Origin: an uncultured virus (IMG/VR IMGVR_UViG_3300020403_000008)
Taxonomy: Duplodnaviria; Heunggongvirae; Uroviricota; Caudoviricetes; Crassvirales
Direction: 5' to 3' (one strand)
Virus record (IMG/VR): IMGVR_UViG_3300020403_000008
Length of the DNA: 64,000 nucleotides
In this document: positions 18,867-26,751 of the stretch, one piece after another
Layout of the letters: the number at the start of each line of letters is the position of its first letter
Numbering within the stretch: the stretch's first letter is position 1
Position numbers and translations under genes: made by a program
The notes under the pieces: generated by a model
What the model was told of the DNA's origin: nothing
Database searches by the model: none
Seen by the model: only the letters and a program-made list of their open reading frames with translations

Positions 18867-19098
18867 TGGAAATCAATTTATAAGCAGTAACTGGCAGATA
18901 CTCGCATCTTTTGCTTTGGCTGTATTTACGGCAGGAGGAATATTTGCCGAGTTTACTGCTCTTAAGAACGAGTTGACTTTAGTCCATGATAGACTAGATG
19001 AAAAAGTCCTATTAATAGATAGACTAGAAACTAGGATTTTAGACATTGAAAAAGAACTAGAATACGAAAAAGGGTTTATAGACGGAAGAAAAAAATAA
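18859..19098 (+). CDS. membrane protein with coiled coil
   Basis: One TM segment followed by heptad repeats. Confidence 0.65.
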   Translation: MANGNQFISSNWQILASFALAVFTAGGIFAEFTALKNELTLVHDRLDEKVLLIDRLETRILDIEKELEYEKGFIDGRKK

Positions 19099-19231
19099 AT
19101 GAAACACAAACTGCAAAAAACTATATTCGGAACATACAGGGTCTTATGGAAGGCTAACGATGGTATAAGGGCAGGTCATGAAGATTTTAATACAGAAAGC
19201 GAAGCAAATATTTTTGTAAAAAAATTAAAAG

Positions 19232-20038
19232 ATGACAGGAACTATACTGTATGACATGAAAAAAGGTACTCCTGCTTATCAAGAACAGGAGGACGGTTCT
19301 GCAAAGCCCACTATAATACCTTACGAGAAGCCTATGCCTGAAATAGATATTAATACTATTTTGGTTCCTGCAAAAAAAATGTTACCAAATTGGTATAAAA
19401 AACTAGATAAAGGAGAGCATTTTGAATACGACCAAACTTTGACGGTAAAAACCTGTACCTCTTTTATAACGCTTTTTCAAAACTCTTATTGCTTTGTAAC
19501 TCCTATAGATTTTAAAATAAATGTAGAAAGATTAGGTTGGGATGTAGAATATGATAAAAAAGACTACCACGCACAATACATCAACTTTACATCACATACA
19601 AATTCAAAAATGAAAGAAGCTATTGAGATGGGTGGTATGCAGGAGAATCAATTAGGTCCATATTGGGATAAAAACTACATAAACATAAAAATGGAGACTG
19701 CAATCAATATAAAATCTAAGAAAGGTAGAGTAGATTTTGTTATGATGGATGCTTTTTGGTGGATACCAGATTCACCTCTGCAAGCGATGCAAGGCGTGTT
19801 ACCTGTACTGGACAATTACGATACGTCACTCAATATAAACTTGTGGATTAGAAAAGACAAAACCAAAACTGTTACTATAAAAAAGGGGACTCCACTAGGT
19901 GTTCTTTACTCCCCTACAGGTAAGGTAGAGTTTAAAAAAACAAACATTGATTCGGTACTAACAAAAATAGGCATGTATCCTGTTGAAGCTAGGAAATGTC
20001 CTTATGCATATACATTAAAAGATGAAAGTAATAGGTAA
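19232..20038 (+). CDS. hypothetical protein (beta-clip/dUTPase-like, common in aquatic phages)
   Basis: LPNWYK, TVKTC..F, TPID and IKKGTPL motifs. Confidence 0.55.
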   Translation: MTGTILYDMKKGTPAYQEQEDGSAKPTIIPYEKPMPEIDINTILVPAKKMLPNWYKKLDKGEHFEYDQTLTVKTCTSFITLFQNSYCFVTPIDFKINVERLGWDVEYDKKDYHAQYINFTSHTNSKMKEAIEMGGMQENQLGPYWDKNYINIKMETAINIKSKKGRVDFVMMDAFWWIPDSPLQAMQGVLPVLDNYDTSLNINLWIRKDKTKTVTIKKGTPLGVLYSPTGKVEFKKTNIDSVLTKIGMYPVEARKCPYAYTLKDESNR

Positions 20039-20279
20039 AAATATATTATTAAAAAAAATAGAAGAACAGATAACTAACGATGTTGGTATAATTTATACTA
20101 AGTCTTTGGATAAAAACATAAGATATGCCAAAGCTGAGGTAATACAAGCAGGAGAAAGTGTTGATGTTTGCAAAAACAAAGACATTATATATTTTGACGT
20201 AGCTCAATCCAGTGAGATTAGGATTGAAGAGAAAAAATACACAGTGATAGACGAAAAAGCAATAGTAGCAATAGTATGA
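20022..20279 (+). CDS. groES: Co-chaperonin GroES
   Basis: MKVIGKNILLK..GII..AEVIQAG..DIIYF..VIDEKAIVAIV; near groEL. Confidence 0.85.
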   Translation: MKVIGKNILLKKIEEQITNDVGIIYTKSLDKNIRYAKAEVIQAGESVDVCKNKDIIYFDVAQSSEIRIEEKKYTVIDEKAIVAIV

Positions 20280-20890
20280 AAGTAGGAGAGATACCACAGC
20301 CTTATTTTGTTCTTCCTTATGAAAATCACGAGAAAAGGAAAAGAGACACGATAAATCTGATAAAAACTGCTGAAGGTCGCTCTGTAGAAGACGCTTGGAC
20401 TAAGGTTAGTATGACTGATTTAGGTGTAAATGCAAGAAGAACATATTATGACACTGACTTAGAAAAGGATTTTAACCCAATGTTCGATAAATTCAACGAA
20501 TGGATGAATGACAGAATAGGCGCTCCTCATTGGCAAAGAACAATTATAGACTTATGGTACATGGAGTATGAGCAAGGGGACTGGGTTAAATGGCACACAC
20601 ATCCTTTAGCGACATATTCTGCTGTTTACTTTTTACACATGCCAGAACCGAAAGATGCAATATCATTTCGAACTTTTGATAAGCAACATTATATTCCTAA
20701 AGTTGAAGAAGGAGATATTATATTTTTTAATTCGATGATACCTCATTCTACAATCTGTACATCTGAGCTTGGCAAAATATCTATTAATTTTAACATAAAA
20801 GCAGGTTTTGACGACAAGTATGCTGAAGCAGTCAGAACTCAGCTAGAGATAGTAGACAAAGGAGAGGATGCAACAGTGGAGGTTATTTGA
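20276..20890 (+). CDS. 2OG-Fe(II) oxygenase-like protein
   Basis: WYMEY..GD..WHTHP..YSAVYF..EEGDIIFFNSMIPH. Confidence 0.8.
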   Translation: MKVGEIPQPYFVLPYENHEKRKRDTINLIKTAEGRSVEDAWTKVSMTDLGVNARRTYYDTDLEKDFNPMFDKFNEWMNDRIGAPHWQRTIIDLWYMEYEQGDWVKWHTHPLATYSAVYFLHMPEPKDAISFRTFDKQHYIPKVEEGDIIFFNSMIPHSTICTSELGKISINFNIKAGFDDKYAEAVRTQLEIVDKGEDATVEVI

Positions 20891-21620
20891 TGAAGACTTT
20901 AGTCCAACATACAACCTAAAACTGGATTTTGAGTATGGTGAGTATGATTTCTTGTTTTTTGATGAACCAATCTGTAATTACGATTTAACAAGCGTAAGAA
21001 GTAAAATAAATTCTTTTGACCAACTAAGATACTTTGCTGAAGTCTTTTTTTACTTAAATCCTGATGTTGAGCTTAAAATGCTCCAAGGCATATTCCAAAC
21101 ACTTGGTAATAGAGAATTTGGTAAGACTATAAGAACTTACGGAAAGAAAAGAGTCGTTAGTATGTGTGAAGACGTATACAGAGATAGAAAAGTGCCATAT
21201 TGTAATCAGTGGAGAAAAATACTTTTTAATCCACGTAAAATAATCAGCTCAGAAGAAAAAATGGCTATTGCTGGTATTTTATTCAAAAAACACATAAGCA
21301 TAACAAAAGATGACGTCTGGAAGACTGTTCAAGAAATAATTGCAAGGAACGAAGTAATTACTGATGTAAAAATTGCTTCTAATTTAAGAATTAGCCAAAA
21401 AACCATACAAAGGACAATGACTAAAGATATGAGAAGGCAAATTAAAATATCTAATGCTTTCATAAAGAGAAACAACAAAGTTAACGAAATTATAGAGTAC
21501 ATAGATTTGTTGTCTGAAGGCGGTAATGATGTTAAGATTAGAGAGCTGAGAAAATTTGTTGCCGTAAAAGATTATAGTCTGATAAAAGAAGCTTTTTCTA
21601 AGTATAAAGAGTCTCTTTAG
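20868..21620 (+). CDS. hypothetical protein with HTH
   Basis: IASNLRISQKTIQR HTH-like segment. Confidence 0.65.
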   Translation: MQQWRLFDEDFSPTYNLKLDFEYGEYDFLFFDEPICNYDLTSVRSKINSFDQLRYFAEVFFYLNPDVELKMLQGIFQTLGNREFGKTIRTYGKKRVVSMCEDVYRDRKVPYCNQWRKILFNPRKIISSEEKMAIAGILFKKHISITKDDVWKTVQEIIARNEVITDVKIASNLRISQKTIQRTMTKDMRRQIKISNAFIKRNNKVNEIIEYIDLLSEGGNDVKIRELRKFVAVKDYSLIKEAFSKYKESL

Positions 21621-22083
21621 TTTTTTTATTCATTTGTTTTATTAGCTGACGATATATTTTATCTTGAAAGTTAGCTCCTTTGAATAATTCATTTTGATAA
21701 GGGTCTTCTGATATAACCTCCTCGCCTGTAAGTTTTTTGTAGGTTTGATTGCAAATTAGCTTTGCTTTTTTAGTAAGCTCATATAATGCTGCTTCATGAC
21801 CTTGTTTTTCTCTCCACATTTTTATGTATCCAGACTCACACATTTCTTTAAACTTTGACCTTTGCCAGTTTATTGTATGTGCTATTTTAACAAACTCTTT
21901 TTTTGTAAATAAATCGCTGTCGTATAAATAAAGAAGAACTTCTAATTCTGTTGAAGATAGGTCGTATTTTCTCTTTATGTAATATCTGACTATTCTCCAG
22001 TTTTTAAGAAAATTATGCTTTTTTTCTCTTGAAAAATACTTTTTTTTGCCTCTCTTATATATTTTTGGCTTGTCTCTACTCAT
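21598..22083 (-). CDS. winged-helix (MarR-like) DNA-binding protein
   Basis: LSSTELEVLLYL...GYI....ALYELTKKA; lone inverted gene. Confidence 0.65.
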   Translation of the reverse strand: MSRDKPKIYKRGKKKYFSREKKHNFLKNWRIVRYYIKRKYDLSSTELEVLLYLYDSDLFTKKEFVKIAHTINWQRSKFKEMCESGYIKMWREKQGHEAALYELTKKAKLICNQTYKKLTGEEVISEDPYQNELFKGANFQDKIYRQLIKQMNKKTKETLYT

Positions 22084-22142
22084 GAATTAGATTGAAATAC
22101 CACATAAAATTAACCTTTTTTTTATTATTATCTTTGTCGAGT

Positions 22143-22427
22143 ATGGCAAGTAAAGTAGACAAAAGTAAAATGGCTTGTAACAAGCCTAGAAAAAGTACGA
22201 GACCAGGAAAGAAAAAAATGGTAAAAGCTTGTGCAAACGGACAAGAAAAACTCATACATTTTGGAGCTACTGGATACGGACACAACTACTCAGATGCTGC
22301 TAGAAAGTCATTCAAGGCTAGACACAAGTGTGGCGAAGCAAAAAATAAATTAAGTGCTAGATACTGGGCGTGTAAAACATTATGGGCTGGTTCTGGCGGA
22401 AGTGTAAAATCAAACCCTAGAGACTGA
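22143..22427 (+). CDS. conserved basic phage protein
   Basis: KLIHFG..GY..ARKSFKARHKC..SARYWAC..LW; ATG 6 nt after TATCTTTG (22129-22136). Confidence 0.75.
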   Translation: MASKVDKSKMACNKPRKSTRPGKKKMVKACANGQEKLIHFGATGYGHNYSDAARKSFKARHKCGEAKNKLSARYWACKTLWAGSGGSVKSNPRD

Positions 22428-22555
22428 TGCCTTTAAAATGTGGAAAATCTCAGACAGTAATTAATTCAAATATTCGTACTTTGAAGAAAGATGGATATAA
22501 GCACAAACGTGCTGTAGCCATTTCTATAGCAAAGTCGAACTCAAAAAATTGTTAA
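22427..22555 (+). CDS. small basic phage protein (42 aa)
   Basis: MPLKCGKSQTVINSNIRTL..GY..KRAVAI, read manually. Confidence 0.65.
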   Translation: MPLKCGKSQTVINSNIRTLKKDGYKHKRAVAISIAKSNSKNC

Positions 22556-22584
22556 CTTTATAAATAAACTTAAAAATTAATATC

Positions 22585-22971
22585 ATGCCAGGAAAGAAAG
22601 CAAATAAAAAAACGACAGGAGTTCAAGTAGATGAGTTTGGTACTCCAATCCCTAAGGGCTTTAAATCTAGCACTGGGAAGGATTATCAGATAACCTCAAC
22701 TTCAGGTACTCTTGAAAGCACAATATCTCCTTCAGGGGCTAAATCAGGAATGGGGAGTAATTATAACTTTTCACAAAACACTATGGGAAGTAAAACAACA
22801 GATGCTAAAGGCGTAACATCACAAACTATGTATAAGCCTACACAGACTACAAAAAACTTTGATAAATCTGTAAATAAAAAAACCGATTACACAACAACAA
22901 GCTATCAAGCTGTAGATTACAATGCGATAGGATTTAAAAACAAAACAATAGATAAACTCAATAAAGCATAA
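22585..22971 (+). CDS. hypothetical low-complexity protein
   Basis: ORF with an A-rich leader. Confidence 0.7.
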   Translation: MPGKKANKKTTGVQVDEFGTPIPKGFKSSTGKDYQITSTSGTLESTISPSGAKSGMGSNYNFSQNTMGSKTTDAKGVTSQTMYKPTQTTKNFDKSVNKKTDYTTTSYQAVDYNAIGFKNKTIDKLNKA

Positions 22972-22973
22972 CT

Positions 22974-23054
22974 ATGAAAAATATTAAACCTTGTGAATGC
23001 GGAAACACACAACACCCTCAGGGGAATTGTGATGGTTCTCATCTAAATAAATAA
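22974..23054 (+). CDS. 26-aa minimal CDGSH iron-sulfur protein
   Basis: MKNIKPCECGNTQHPQGNCDGSHLNK; C-x-C-x2-T...C-D-G-S-H. Confidence 0.75.
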   Translation: MKNIKPCECGNTQHPQGNCDGSHLNK

Positions 23055-23056
23055 AA

Positions 23057-23230
23057 ATGGCTGTAGTTAAAAACCCAAAGGGTCTTGGAGACTCAATACA
23101 CAATTTGACTGTAAGAACAGGCATAAAAAAAGCTGTAGATACAGTTAGTCAGGCGTTGAACACCGATTGCGGGTGCAATCATCGCCGCAAGACTCTCAAT
23201 GAGTTATTCCCTTATAATAAAAAAACTTAA
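23057..23230 (+). CDS. small conserved phage protein (57 aa)
   Basis: GLGD..TGIKK..DCGC..R..LNELFPY, read manually. Confidence 0.7.
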   Translation: MAVVKNPKGLGDSIHNLTVRTGIKKAVDTVSQALNTDCGCNHRRKTLNELFPYNKKT

Positions 23231-23233
23231 ACC

Positions 23234-24091
23234 ATGGAAGACGAAGAATTAGACTACAATTCGATTGGAATGAAAAATTCCGCTATCGACAAATTAAAGG
23301 GGAATACACCAACTCCTATACCACTTAAGCCAGTTGGAGAAAGACAATACGGACAATCTGTTGTTAGCTCTGAAATAGTTGATGGAAGAAGAAAAATAAC
23401 TACTACAACTCCATGGTCACAAAATTTAGCTGGACAAGGACTAACTTACAAACAAGCAGGAGTAGACCCAGCAGCAGCAAAACAGTATTGGCAAGCAAAT
23501 CCTGACAAATACAAAGAGTATTTGAAAAGTAAAACAGGAATGCAAACAGGAAAAGACGTAAGCGTTAGATTCGAAGATATTCCCACACCTGCCCCCACCC
23601 CCACACCATCACCACCTAAAACCCCACCAAGAAGAGCTACGTCTTACAAATATAGAGCTGGAGGTATGGGTTCAGAGTCTGTAGGGGGTGCTAAATCTTT
23701 AGCAGGTGCAAAATATGCTGCGCAAAAATTTGGAAACTTAAATCAGACTGTTATTGATAAAGTTTATGACGAAAAAGCTTACGGACCAAATGCAATGGGA
23801 AGATTAATTCAGTCTTCTGAAGCTATGAAAGCTAATGAAATTAGAGAAGGTCAAAAATCAAATCCTAATTGGAAAAAAGATTTGATGGCAAACAAACAGA
23901 TGTATTCTCAAATGAGAAAAGATGTTGCAGCTTGGAGAAAAGCAGGAAGTGACCCAAATAAAGTACCTAAGTCAGTGCAAGAGTTTCAGAAAAGAATTGA
24001 CAATTCATACGAAAGAGTGTTTGATGGAGGTGCTAATACTAGAAGTAATAGTTCAGCAGCAGCTTATAAGTTTCAAAAATTTAACAATTAA
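23234..24091 (+). CDS. hypothetical protein with a Pro/Thr tract
   Basis: 285-aa ORF containing [12 protein letters not shown]. Confidence 0.75.
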   Translation: MEDEELDYNSIGMKNSAIDKLKGNTPTPIPLKPVGERQYGQSVVSSEIVDGRRKITTTTPWSQNLAGQGLTYKQAGVDPAAAKQYWQANPDKYKEYLKSKTGMQTGKDVSVRFEDIPTPAPTPTPSPPKTPPRRATSYKYRAGGMGSESVGGAKSLAGAKYAAQKFGNLNQTVIDKVYDEKAYGPNAMGRLIQSSEAMKANEIREGQKSNPNWKKDLMANKQMYSQMRKDVAAWRKAGSDPNKVPKSVQEFQKRIDNSYERVFDGGANTRSNSSAAAYKFQKFNN

Positions 24092-24096
24092 TAATT

Positions 24097-24219
24097 ATGG
24101 CAAAGAAAACAAAAATGAGCAACAGAAAAAACCCTTGCTGGAAAGGCTATGAAATGATTGGCATGAAACCAGGAAAGGGTGGAGGTAAAGTGCCTAACTG
24201 TGTGCCAAAAAAGAAATAA
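24097..24219 (+). CDS. small basic protein (40 aa)
   Basis: PCWKGYEMIGMK..VPNCVP motif, read manually. Confidence 0.7.
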   Translation: MAKKTKMSNRKNPCWKGYEMIGMKPGKGGGKVPNCVPKKK

Positions 24220-24412
24220 TAGTGGGAGACTGGGATATAAATGATGAAAAAGGCAAGTTCATTTACGAACGATGCGATGATATTATTACAAGAAGACCTT
24301 TTTTGTCTGATGACCCATGTGAAAAAATTATAATTGAAAAAAATGGAGTAACCGTACCAGAAGGAGAAAGAGAGCCTTTTTACAGATGGTGCAAAAAATA
24401 AATTAAATCAAA

Positions 24413-24739
24413 ATGGAAAGTGCATTAATTATTATAGGTGGAGCTATAGCCTTTTTTATAGCTGTTTATTTTACAGCAATGTTTTTAAGCAAAAAAGGAT
24501 TGCTAAAAGATGAAGACAATGACTGGATTCCAGATGTTGTTGAAGATAAAGTTTCTGCTGTAAAAGCGGACTTAGCAGAATTGAAAGCTGATTTAAAAGC
24601 TACACAAGAAAGACTATCAAAAGAACTGTCTGATGTGGGTTCTGCAATAAAAGAAGTTGGAAATCAATTAGGAGACGTCCCAAAGGCGTTTTCTGGTAAA
24701 AAAAGACCAGGGAGAAAAAAGAATAATGGCTCTAAGTAA
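24413..24739 (+). CDS. membrane-anchored coiled-coil protein
   Basis: N-terminal TM, DEDNDWIPD, coiled coil, basic tail. Confidence 0.7.
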   Translation: MESALIIIGGAIAFFIAVYFTAMFLSKKGLLKDEDNDWIPDVVEDKVSAVKADLAELKADLKATQERLSKELSDVGSAIKEVGNQLGDVPKAFSGKKRPGRKKNNGSK

Positions 24740-24977
24740 AAGCGCAAAATATTATAGAGATAACCCTGAGGCTAGGGAAAAAAAGAATAATTATAATCTT
24801 ATTTTCCAGAGAAGAAAAAAGCAGGTTAAAAAACGTGTAGAATGTAATAAATATAATAGAGACAAAGGAACTTATGGGAACGGAGATAATAAAGACTGTT
24901 CACATCAATCTGATGGCTCTTTGAAAACAGAAAATCAATCAACAAACAGAGCAAGAGGTGGCGGTCAAAGACGATGA
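24726..24977 (+). CDS. small HNH-like protein
   Basis: KDCSH...LKTE..STNRAR. Confidence 0.55.
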   Translation: MALSKSAKYYRDNPEAREKKNNYNLIFQRRKKQVKKRVECNKYNRDKGTYGNGDNKDCSHQSDGSLKTENQSTNRARGGGQRR

Positions 24978-24981
24978 CATA

Positions 24982-25155
24982 ATGAAAAATTTCATGAATT
25001 TAACAGACTTAAAAATTTGGGGACTGAGTTCATTTGCTTTAACCATGAATTTGATGGATGTCAAAGCTGGTTTAAGTGTAATATTGACTCTCACTGCAAT
25101 AGGATATACACTACATAAGTGGTATATAATGTATAAAAAAAATAAAAGTAAATGA
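24982..25155 (+). CDS. small 2-TM membrane protein (holin-like)
   Basis: Two hydrophobic segments and a basic C-terminus; upstream of the endolysin; start uncertain. Confidence 0.55.
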   Translation: MKNFMNLTDLKIWGLSSFALTMNLMDVKAGLSVILTLTAIGYTLHKWYIMYKKNKSK

Positions 25156-25301
25156 AAGTAAAAGCACCTGAAGGTTATCACTGGATGAAGTCTGGCAAAG
25201 GAGCGCCAAAGCTTATGAAGAATCCAAAAGGCGGATACAAACCACACAAAGGAGGTAGCCAGTCTTTTAATTTTGAAATACAAAAAGTGCATAAATCTTA
25301 A
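25152..25301 (+). CDS. small basic protein (49 aa)
   Basis: MKVKAPEGYHWMK..LMK..GYKPH, read manually; overlaps both neighbours. Confidence 0.65.
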   Translation: MKVKAPEGYHWMKSGKGAPKLMKNPKGGYKPHKGGSQSFNFEIQKVHKS

Positions 25302-25762
25302 TGGATAGAATAAGCAAACATATTACATATAAGGAAGGTATCCGTTCAAATACAGCTCTTAGAAGGGGTATAGACAATACTCCTGGAGACTATGAGCTTT
25401 CTAATATGAATAATATTGCAGTTAATTTATTTGAGCCATTAAGAGAATGGGTTGGAGGACCTATTAAAATAACAAGTTTCTTCAGATGTGAAGAATTGAA
25501 CAAAGCCATTGGAGGAAGTAGTCGGTCACAGCACTGTCAAGGCAGAGCGATGGATTTAGATGATACTTTTGGACATAAAACCAATGCAGAAATGTTTGAA
25601 TACATAAAATCAAATCTGAGCTATGACCAGTTAATCTGGGAGTTTGGAGATGATGAGAACCCAGATTGGATACATGTAAGTTTTGTATCAGAGATGGAGA
25701 ATAGAGGTCGCTCTATGCGAGCTCAAAAAGTGAACGGAAGAACTAACTATAGTATAATATAA
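25301..25762 (+). CDS. Endolysin, peptidase M15 family
   Basis: ITSFFRCEELN.AIGG..SQHCQGRAMD and WIHVS motifs. Confidence 0.9.
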   Translation: MDRISKHITYKEGIRSNTALRRGIDNTPGDYELSNMNNIAVNLFEPLREWVGGPIKITSFFRCEELNKAIGGSSRSQHCQGRAMDLDDTFGHKTNAEMFEYIKSNLSYDQLIWEFGDDENPDWIHVSFVSEMENRGRSMRAQKVNGRTNYSII

Positions 25763-26163
25763 TGAAAACCCTAGAAAAGAGACCAGAAAGTAAAAAAGTA
25801 ACACCCCAAACAAGAATGACAAAAAAAGAATTAAGACACTATTTAGGAGCAGCTGGAGTTTTTATCCTTGTCATAGGACTATTACTCTTTTTAGCGTATA
25901 ACGATATTCCACAATCAAATAAAGACATATTCGTATCTATAATTGGTATGATAGTCGGGAGTTTGTCTGTGGTCATATATACCATCATTGGCAAGAACCC
26001 AGACGAAGTGAATGCTTTACAGAAAAAAGTAGAATCACTTCAGGCTTTAGCTGATACAATGGAAAAAAGAAACGACCAACTTGAAGCGATGATTATTGAA
26101 CTACAAAGAAGTATTATAGAAAAACTATCTGTTGTTGGAGCAAGGTTTGAGCTAAAAAAATAA
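25762..26163 (+). CDS. 2-TM membrane protein with coiled coil (lysis accessory?)
   Basis: Two TM helices; lies between endolysin and holin. Confidence 0.65.
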   Translation: MKTLEKRPESKKVTPQTRMTKKELRHYLGAAGVFILVIGLLLFLAYNDIPQSNKDIFVSIIGMIVGSLSVVIYTIIGKNPDEVNALQKKVESLQALADTMEKRNDQLEAMIIELQRSIIEKLSVVGARFELKK

Positions 26164-26196
26164 GTTAGGCTCGTAGTATAATTAAATTAAAATAAA

Positions 26197-26574
26197 ATGC
26201 TTAAAATGTTATTATCTCTACTCGGAAGAGGAGAGGGTGGAAGAAGTAAAATAGGAGGGTTAGCACTTGATTTAAGAGAAGCTATAAAAGGCAAAGAGCT
26301 AGACCCCAATCAAATATTAGAGCTGCAAACAAAAATAAATGAAGTTGAAGCTCAACACAGGAGTATGTTTGTTGCGGGTTGGCGCCCGTTTATAGGCTGG
26401 ATTTGTGGATTAGCTTTTGCTTATCATTTTGTGGCTTTCCCTATAGTGAGAACAATATATCCAGAAGTAGAGTTTCCAGTTTTAAATACTGAACCTTTAT
26501 TTACTGTTTTGATGGGTATGTTAGGTCTCGGCGGACTTAGAACATTTGAAAAGTTGAAGAACAAAACTAAGTAG
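26197..26574 (+). CDS. 3TM (GTA-type) holin
   Basis: FVAGWRPFIGWICG...GMLGLGGLRTFEK. Confidence 0.85.
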   Translation: MLKMLLSLLGRGEGGRSKIGGLALDLREAIKGKELDPNQILELQTKINEVEAQHRSMFVAGWRPFIGWICGLAFAYHFVAFPIVRTIYPEVEFPVLNTEPLFTVLMGMLGLGGLRTFEKLKNKTK

Positions 26575-26575
26575 A

Positions 26576-26710
26576 ATGGCTAAATTAATTTTAGGTAATT
26601 ACAATGTACGAACTAAAGTAAAACGCAAAGGTGTACACGCAAAAACTAAAACTTCGAAAAACAAAAACTCAAAGTTATATATTAAGCCATACAGAGGGCA
26701 GGGTAAATAA
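26576..26710 (+). CDS. small basic protein (44 aa)
   Basis: KRKGVHAK...KPYRGQGK, read manually. Confidence 0.65.
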   Translation: MAKLILGNYNVRTKVKRKGVHAKTKTSKNKNSKLYIKPYRGQGK

Positions 26711-26727
26711 TGTGTTTTTATTTTGAG

Positions 26728-26735
26728 TAAATTTG
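26728..26735 (+). promoter_or_regulatory. -7 promoter element TAAATTTG
   Basis: Consensus match upstream of 26752. Confidence 0.65.
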
Positions 26736-26751
26736 CATAAAGTATATAATT

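Noticed and set aside
17277..20279. Bacterial chromosomal groESL (host contamination)
   Set aside because: Divergent sequence, groEL before groES with intervening phage ORFs, embedded in continuous phage context
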